Part shown: positions 54,795-64,000 of the stretch, piece by piece | How positions within the stretch are numbered: position 1 is the first letter of the stretch | How the letters are laid out: each line of letters starts with the position of its first letter | Source of the DNA: Eledone cirrhosa | Taxonomy: Eukaryota | DNA: 64,000 nucleotides | Reading direction: 5' to 3' | NCBI GenBank assembly: GCA_964016885.1 | Contig: OZ024743.1 | Coordinates: forward strand, 268,894,001-268,958,000 | The notes under the pieces: model-generated | The model's database searches: none | Seen by the model: the letters and a program-made list of their open reading frames with translations, nothing else | Told to the model about the DNA's origin: nothing | Position numbers and translations under genes: made by a program

Positions 54795-55340
54795 TCACTG
54801 AATACTCTAAACACACCGATCATCTTCTAAACACATTAAGCATATTGCTTCCCTCTGAACACACTAAAGATATTGAGCCCACGTCTTGAACATCCTAAAT
54901 ACATTCGATCCCCTTCTCAACAACTTATACATACTGATTCCATCTCTGAATCTGGACATCCTAAGTATATTGGGTCAATATCTGAACACATTAAACATAT
55001 TGGGTCCACATTTGAACACCATAACATTATTAGATCCATCTCTGAACTTCCTAAACTTATTCAGTCGACCTCTAAACACCCTAAACATTCAGTTCATCTT
55101 TGAACACCCTAAACATGTAGGTCCACTTCTGAACACCCTAAACATATTGAGCCCACGTCAGAACACCCTAAAGATATTGGCTCCACTTCTAAACATACTA
55201 AAGTTATTGGATGCACATCTGAGAACATCTGAGAACCCTAAACATATTGGATTTACCTCTGAATACCTTAAACATATTCGGTCCATCTCAGAACACCCTA
55301 AAAATATTGGGTCCATCTTTGAACACCCTAGATATATTGA
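54795..55340 (+). repeat. Diverged ~30-bp minisatellite
   Basis: Consensus close to tgaacaccctaaacatattgggtccatctc. Confidence 0.85.
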
Positions 55341-55814
55341 TCAAATTACCACTATCATTACCCTCACACATCCACACTATCACCACCACGTCACTCCCAC
55401 ACCAACACCACCTCCACCGTCACTATCACCACTACGCCCCTCAGACACCAAGACTATCACCACCACCACCACCACTATTGTCACGTCACTCACTCACAGA
55501 CACTATCGCTACTACTGCTATCACCACCACAACTATCACCATCACTACTACGTCGCTCACACAGCAGCATTACCACCACCACCACCATCACCACCACTAT
55601 TGTGGCATCATTACAACGACTACTACTATTTCAACTGACATTAATACTATTAACACCACTGCAACAACTAGAACACCACCATCACTCCCACCATTTCTAC
55701 TACTACTAATACTACTGCCACAGCTGCTGTTGTCGCTAATGTTTCAAATATTTATATTTTCTGTCCACTAACCGGTCAGACATCTCACATGATCTGGTAT
55801 ACACACACGCACAC

Positions 55815-55922
<108 letters not shown>

Positions 55923-56544
55923 TTTGTTCACATGCCATTTTCCCATACTTACTTTTCATACTGTACACAATTATACGAAGAGGCAGGTATAGCGAACTTA
56001 AATTAAAAGTGAAATGTAAGTTACAGCTTACACCTCTGTAGGTTTAGCAGTTCTACTAAAAGGTTGCATATCATGAAAAGCAACGTGAAATAAAACGTCT
56101 GGCTCAACAACATGATACACCATTCGGTTCAGGTTCGAACCCACAGCTTTGTATTGGTGAACCCAACAGCTTAACCACTAGGCCTTATTTTGGTAAATAT
56201 GTCTGTATTGTCCGGAAGGCAGCGAGTTGGCAGGGACGGTTTGAACGTCTGATAAAATGCTTTGCGATATTCATTCCTGCTCACATCCCGCCGAAGTCAG
56301 CTTTGGCTTTCATCCCTTCGAGATCAATAAAAAATGTACCAGTCCTGTACTGGGACACATTCTTCCGTTATCTTTTTCTCACTTCCAATCTGTCACACTC
56401 TTTTTCTCTCTTCTTCTCGGGGAGAGATCGGCTGTATTCAGATAGGAGATAAGATGGGTTGCACCAGGTTTAATGTAGTCAAGAAATGCCGTATGTGACG
56501 ACGCCCCCTATAACTCCAACAGAAGTTGAGTAAATATATACATA

Positions 56545-57366
56545 CATGATGGCTGCTCCCTCGTTATCCAGTATGGCCATTGCACGATATAACATTATTA
56601 ATAATTATTAATAATTGTTTCTACTTTTGGCACAAGACCAGCAATTACCCCAGTGCATTACTGGTACTTTATTTTATCGACCCCGTAAGGATGAAAGGCA
56701 AAGTTAACCTCGACGGGATTTGAACTCAGACCATAAAGGGCCGTAACTCTTTACTGCAAAGCATGGCCGTCCGACCCTCCACCGATACTGCCAATCCAGG
56801 GCGGTGAATTGGCAGTATCACTGGAGAGTCGGGCATGCTTTCCAGCGTAGTTACGTCCCTTTACGATCTGAGTTCAAATCCCGCCCAGGTTAACTTTGCC
56901 TTTCATCCTTACGGGGTCGATAAAATAAAGTACCAGTAATGTACTGGGTAATTGCTGGCCTTGTGCCAAAAGTAGAAACAATTATTAATAATTATCAATT
57001 CTATCGTGCAATGCTTGTGCATGGAGATTTTTTTTTAAGTGAGGAAAGAATCCCACTCTCTGGGCGACAGTAGTTATAAAAGATCAACATCATCGGTAAC
57101 TACTGAGCCGCAGGTTTTATATCAGATTTATCCCAGTTTCCTGAGTTGCCTTCTCTTAGAAGAATCCACTGACAAAGGCTAGGGGTCCTTCACTCCCAGT
57201 GGTTTAACCGCGCGATCGGGTATCCAAAATCACCCTCCTCGCCAAGTAAACTTGGTGGGGTTGCCGGTTTAGTCACCGACGACCCGACCATGCGACAGGT
57301 TGTACTGGGTTATATGTTACCAGTAGCACTCAAGAGTGACCCGACATAGTCAAGAGTGACCCGACA
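56545..57366 (-). mobile_element. Second RTE-derived non-autonomous family, interrupted by two head-to-head family-A SINEs (about 56605-56797 minus, 56798-56990 plus)
   Basis: 5' region aligns with 58000-58258; 3' end ggccatactggataacgagggagcagccatcatg parallels ggccgtactcgaaaacgagttggcagccaccatg. Confidence 0.7.
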
Positions 57367-57474
57367 TACATACATGCATACATACATACATGCATGCATG
57401 CATGCATGCATACATACATACATACATACATACATACATACATACATACATACATACATACATACATACATACA

Positions 57475-59270
57475 TAACTCAAAACATCGACATCCACACA
57501 TACAATAACATCCATACCTGCACACACATGCATACATGCAGACATATCTACCTAGTTGATGTTGTGTAAATTCCAATGAGAGTCTTGTAACTATGTTAGA
57601 AACTGGCTCTCTCACTCTATTGGCAAAAATTTGTGAAATTATAAAACCAGAAGAGCATACATACATACATACATACATGGTGGCTGCCAACTCGTTTTCG
57701 AGTACGGCCACTACTTTATATCCATGTAGGAGAACCCCTACCGATGCGCTGAACGACTTGAAAACTCTGGTACAAACACTACACTTGTGACAATTATTGA
57801 CACATAGTGCTGGGCCCATGGTACCATGTGACGACAAGTGCAGAGAAATCTCCTGATATAAAGCAATGCCTGTGCCGTGAAGCTTTTATAGTGAGCAAAG
57901 GCACTGCACAAAGCCAGTCCCACTCTCTTAACCAAGATGATATTTACCTAAAAGAAGAACAAGTCAACATCATTGGATACCATCAGGGTTGCAGGTGTTA
58001 TATCAGAGTTTTCCTTCTCCTAGAATTCTGCCTTGACAAAGGCTAAGGGGTCATCTCTCTCGGTGATTTTGGATGCCATTGACTCTTAAGAGCTCCTTTG
58101 CCCTTTGACAGGTTTTGTTTTTAGTCCTGGAGGATGTCCAAAGTCACCCTCCTCACCAAGAAACATTGGTGGGGATTGCCAGTTTAGTCGCCAACGACCC
58201 GACCATGAGACAGGTTGTACTGGGATACATGTTTCCAGTAGCACCAACTGGTGACCTGACATACATACATACATACATACATACATACATACATACATAC
58301 ATACATACATACATACATACATACATACATACATTCACAGGAACAGAAAGAACACAACTAGTTAGGAAACTACAAGTACAATCCATGAATGGAACAGTAA
58401 AAATATGTAAAACATTCCAAACGTTTTGCATCTAATAGCTGCATATACACATGTACAGATACAAAGCATATACACATGCACACATACAACTCAAAACATC
58501 CACATCCACACATACAATAACATCCATACCTGCACACACACATGCATGCATACATATCTACCTAGTTGATGTTGTGTAAATTCCAATGAGAGAGTCTTAT
58601 GTCTATGTTAGAAACCGACTCTCTCTCTATTGGTAAAACTTTGTGAAATTTTAAAACCAGAAGAACATACATACATACATACATATGGGACAGGGAGAAG
58701 AAAGCATGCACAGTAGTGGAAATTAGCTGCCCAGCATATGCCAATATAATATCAAAGATTAGTGAAAAGGAGAATATTTATATACTCCACCCTGATTACA
58801 CCTTCAGATTTATGCCTGTGATTATTGGGAGCACTGGGGTATGTTAGTAACTGCCTCAATACAAATCTTGAGAAGCTAGGCTTCACAGGAACAGAAAGAA
58901 GACAACTAGTTAGGAAACTACAAGTACAATCCTTTAATGGAACAGTAAAAATTTGTAAAACATTCCAAACATTTTGCATCTAATAAATGCATATACACAT
59001 GTACAGATGCAAAGCATATACACATGCACACATACAACTCAAAACATACACATCCACACATACAATAGCATCCATATCTACACATGCATGCATACATACA
59101 TATCTACGTAGTTAATGTTGTGTAAATTCCAATGAGAGAATCTTGTGTCTATGTTAGAAACCGACTCCCCCTCTATTGGTAAAACTGTGTGAAATTATAA
59201 AACCAGAAGAACATACATACATACATACATACATACATACATACATACATACATACATACATACATACAT
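57475..59270 (+). mobile_element. Three 5'-truncated R4/Dong-like 3' ends (about 57475-57655, 58334-58665, 58685-59211) separated by (CATA)n
   Basis: Each ends aaaaccagaaga(a/g) + (CATA)n; encode RKLQVQS.NGTVKICKTF and WDREKKACTVVEISCP. Confidence 0.9.
57676..58260 (-). mobile_element. Longest (apparently full-length, ~585 bp) copy of the RTE-derived element
   Basis: Reverse complement of the array unit plus ~190 bp of extra 5' sequence; (CATA)n on both sides. Confidence 0.88.
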
Positions 59271-62200
59271 GTATAGTATCTCGTGAAAATACTCGAAGGG
59301 CAACGGGAAACTGAATTCTTCCCCAAACTACACAGCTCTACCCTTTTTAAAACAAAGAATGACTGGGTCCATTCACAAACTATTACTTAAAACAAACTGG
59401 AATAACCAACAAATATGGAAACAAGCCAATGGGGATATCTTTTTATGGTCACAATACCTGCTAGAAATAACAGCCAAATTTCCCTCAAATCAAGATCCTA
59501 CTGTTAAAAAAAACGAGCATATCGAATAATGTAGTTCTAGATATACAATGATTTAAGTAAAATGGGATGGGCACAATTGGAACGCATTTGATCATAGGTC
59601 TGTTCAATCATGGCTGGCCTGACTTTAACAACGAGAACAAGAATAACAACCAAATATTGCTGTATGGCTAGCTATTTTGTGTTGTTATTCATCCACAGGC
59701 AAAATCTGATCAGGTAGACATATGATAAAAAACATTCCAGCGGTGAGCACCTGTTTTTTTTGTTTTTGTTTTGTATATTTATGACGAGATTTGTTCAATA
59801 TGGCCTTCTTTTTTTTTAGCACGATAGTGTGTGAATTGAAGATGTCGCTGCTATTATCAGTAGATTGAAGGACCACTTAAAAGCTACTTGGTAAATACAG
59901 AAACTATAATACAACAGATATAGCCTGGTGAGGCACGTTACCCCAATAACAGTAACTAGAACAGATTGGTTGTTGTTTTAATGAGAGGGCTGGGATGTGG
60001 TTTTGAATGACGTGTTCGAATTTAATTTATAACTTGTGCGGTATATATACTGTAAGGCAGGTGGTGTTATTGTCGGATTACGATTTGAGTTGCTTTGAGT
60101 TCGTGGATAGTACGGCTTTGGTTTAGATTTGTTTGCGTTCTAGTTAAGGCAAACGACATTCTTTATTATGCTGTATATTCACTACATTGATTGTCGCTAT
60201 CTGTTTTGTGGGAGATGTGTTTGAAATACTTAGTACGTGGATTGTTTTTGTTGCTGGCGTTATAATTTGTGGAATTTTCAAAGAAAAGAAATGGCGTCAC
60301 TTGCTGTTTTTGTATTGTATTTTATTGTAAATCGGAATTTATTTAAGCAACTCTTTATTGTGCTTCGTTTTGCCTGTTTTATATGTGTGAGTTTTGAACT
60401 GGTTACTCCTATATTTTTCTATGTAGTCTTGATCTGTTTTGTGCAAAGTTATCGTTTTGCAGAGCTATTTCTCACACGACGTTGCTTTGTTGATCCTTGT
60501 TGAGTCATATTCAAACCATGAATATCCTGTTGTTGTTGTCGCTGTTGTTTTAGTTGTTGTTATTGCTGTTGTTGTCGTTGTCATCATCGTTGATATTATT
60601 GTCCTCGTCATCACCACAGGCATCGTCGTCGTCGTTGTTGTCGTCATCATCACTGACGTCATTGTGGTTGATGTTGTTGTTGTTGTATTGTCCTCATCGC
60701 CACTGTCATAAATGTCGTCGTTGTTATTGTTGCTGGCGTCATCATTGCTATCATCGTCGTTATTCTTTTATTCTTCTTTATCTAACAATACAGTACAATC
60801 ATTCTTTCTTAAGATGGTAGACAGTGTGTGGTTCAAGGGAACTTTAGCTGCTACTTCTAGTACATCATGTGACTTCTTAAACGCTATTTCTCCTTCAGTG
60901 GTTTGCATTATTGTATTTATTCGCAGAATGGTTACAGCACCGGATAAAATGAGTGTGGTATTTAGTTACGAACCATTTCGTTCTCAGTTCAAATCCCGCC
61001 GAGCTCGACTTTGCCACACGTTTCAGACTTTGCACCTTTGTAAGAAATTATTATTATACAACTCAGTAGAGCAGTAGACTGTGTAAGTCGTTAAAGCGAA
61101 GGATAAATGCTTGGGCTCTTTACATTCTGAGTTCAAATCTCGTCGAAGTCAACTTTGTCTTTCATTTTTCCGAAGTTGATGAAATATAATTGTTTCTACA
61201 TTTGGCACAAGGCCAGCAATTATCCCAGTGTATTACTGGTGCTTTATTTTATCGACCCCGTAAGGATGAAAGGCAAAGTTGACCTCGGCGGGATTTGAAC
61301 TCAGACCATAAAGGTCCGTAACTCTTTGCTGCAAAGAATAGCGTCAGACCCTCTACCGATACTGCCAATCCAATACCAGTCAAGTACTGAGGTCTCTATA
61401 ATCGACTCTCCATCTACATAATTGGTGGCCTTGTGTCAAAACTAGAAATTATTATTATAAAAATCAGAATCATTGTATTATATATATCATCGTAACAAGC
61501 TGGGTTCTTTAGGACTCTGGATCAATTTGAACCAGTCGAAACCTTTAGACAGATTTGGACCTCATTACTTGACGGCTGTTCAACTTTTTTCGTAGGGGAA
61601 ATTTCAAGCCAGTATTTGCGAGCAAACGAAATACCCACTAAGTCAATAGTGGTGAGGCTGCGTGGTACGATCACCTTGTGGTACTTACACAAAGCTGGAG
61701 CCAACAAACAAGCCTCTGTGTTGTTGCTCGACCTGCCTGAAATAGTAGCCAAATACCGTGATTCCAAAGCTTGCTACGTTGTGTTTTTTAGGTTTGTTTT
61801 TAAAGAAGATAATGTACCAATAAGCACATTATATCTAGGTGTGGAAGACAGAGACAGAGTGGTCACAGATGGAATATTGTTGATCATAGTTTTGCTCATT
61901 CATATTTGATCCGGGGCAATCAACAACAACTGCAGCAACAACAACTTAGGCAAAGTTAAGTGGGGTCGAGCGTTGAGTGCTAAGACTTTGCGCCATGGTG
62001 AAGATATCGTACCAATGTAGGAGACCATAGACCTCCTTTTCATCTTGAGCGATTGTTCGGCTCATTATTAATCGCTCATGAGTTCAAATCCAGTTAACTT
62101 TGCCTTTCATCCTTACGGGGTCGATAAAATAAAGTACCAGTCACGACTTCCCCTCCCCCAAATTGCTGGCCTTGTGCCTATATAAGAAACCATTATTAAT

Positions 62201-63795
62201 CGATCATTTTGTACGTTCTTTTTTTCTTTTTTTTCTTATGTAAACTCCTTTCTAGTTTTAAACATCCATCCGCGGACACTTAATTCCTGATAAATTCGTA
62301 AGGACACCATCGTGACAAACAGCGTGTTTTGGGCAGTTTAAACCTTGCGAAACTTAATCATTCTTCAGGACTAAGCGTAACCAATTACTTCCAGAGAAAG
62401 CGGAGAGAAGGTAAGAAAGAGATGGGGGGGGGGAGAAGGAGAGGCAGAAGAAGGAAAAGCATTCTCACCGACCTCGTAACGACTCTGCCAATTCACCACC
62501 TCAGTTTTAATCTTTTTGATACCAAACCGCTGGAAACTACCCCTGGTTCTACGATATAAAACTGTTTGTTTGAAGGAGTTTATGTTTATCTGAAATCCTA
62601 TCATGTTGCTATGCAAGAACCTTTGTTAAGTAATGCTCAAAACACCAGCTTAGTAATGAGAAAGTTAGTTATATTACTAGGTCCTCCAAATTTTTCATTT
62701 GAAAATCATAGGCAACATTTTTCATTTGAAATATCTATCCAAGAGACTTCCCTCATAGTTTTAGGTAATGACCTTTGTTAAGTTATATTCCAATATAATC
62801 TTATCTGGCCGAGTTTACACTTTCAAATAAGAAGAACCAGGGCCGCCTCTAGGAGCGTTGGATTTGATGTACTTCATATTTGTTTCTGTTGCTAAATACA
62901 ATCAGGAGTCGCTGCTTCTTCTGAAGGTCAATAGTTCTCTTCTAACTCGAGCGGGAGCGCCTTGCCTTTGCATTGATCATCTGCAAAGCCACATTGTTCT
63001 CAGGAGCACTACACCAGTCTTTCGATGTATGTATCTGGAACTACTGCCACCCATTGATTTGGCAGGATCTCAACTCATTTCTACAGCTGAGTAAGCTGGA
63101 GCAACGTGAAATAAAGTGTCTTGCTCAAGGACACAACACATCACCCGATCATTGAATCGAACTCACAACCTTTCGATTGCAAGCCCAATGCTCTAACCAC
63201 GAAGCCATGCGCCTTCACTTATGTTCCAAACATCAGCTTAATAAGGCGAAAATTAGTTATATTACTAAATACATTCAAATTCTTGATTATTTTCGTTAAA
63301 AATATGGTCATGAAAGGGATAAACATTACAAAAATTAAAAGAAAAAAAAAGACTATCATTGCATGGAACACGAAATCAGTATTAATCGGTCAAACTTCAA
63401 CTTGCTGGAATCTATTTATCACTTTCATAGCTCATTGCTGTCCATTACCGTGGTTACAATCCAATGTGTTATTATAATTTGAAGTCTTATGTAAACATAT
63501 TTTCATGCATATTGACTTCCGTAAATTACTGTTCAAAGACTTTATGTGCCAGGATTAAATATGTCCTTGTTAAATCGCTAATTCCTTTTCTGCACAAGTT
63601 TAGATAATCTTTATCTCGACCAGGAACAAAGAATATATTTCTACCACACATTTCACCCCCCCCCCCCTCACCACATCACTACCCACATATTTTCTGTTTC
63701 TTTCCATTTCTGTTTAAATCTCTATATTTTTCTCTCTTCATATATCTCTCTCTGTTTCTTTTTCTTTATATATATAAGAAAATACAAGCTCATGT

Positions 63796-63873
<78 letters not shown>

Positions 63874-64000
63874 ATATAATAATAATAATAAATTTGAAGA
63901 CTAAAATCCAAAGAGGGCTCGATAAGGATAAATATATATCAAATATATAAGAACCGTAGAGCAAAAATTTATTAAAATAACAGATTAAAGTTTAAGCAAA

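Noticed and set aside
54886-55638. 250-aa ORF with LRR-like LNTLNILGP repeats
   Set aside because: Product of a 30-bp minisatellite that is open in several frames; the period is 10 aa, not an LRR period

Overview
AT-rich, microsatellite-saturated animal DNA. The repeat landscape strongly resembles an octopus/cephalopod genome (inference from SINE types and (TA)n/(CA)n/(CATA)n density). I found no convincing host protein-coding exon; most listed ORFs are translations of simple repeats. The window is a nested set of mobile elements: R4/Dong-like non-LTR fragments tied to (CATA)n, RTE-derived non-autonomous elements, CR1 and RTE fragments, three Penelope-like (PLE, RT + GIY-YIG) elements, tRNA-derived SINEs, MITEs and a Helitron-like element. 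Three signals stand out. (1) A near-complete PLE at 47.7-51.6 kb has a long upstream ORF1 (predicted helical region plus Y/N/H/Q repeats). Its RT frame has no ATG and opens exactly at a double -1 slippery site (TTTTTTAAAC). (2) About ten different hammerhead-ribozyme-like motifs sit mostly in short (TA)n-bounded elements, including a 337-nt retrozyme-like unit whose fold-back arms both begin at the predicted cleavage site. (3) A (CATA)n-associated retrotransposon is repeatedly joined tail-to-tail to the (TATG)n tail of an RTE-derived element, and the pair is amplified in tandem. All RNA folds were assigned by eye and are unverified computationally; element boundaries are approximate.
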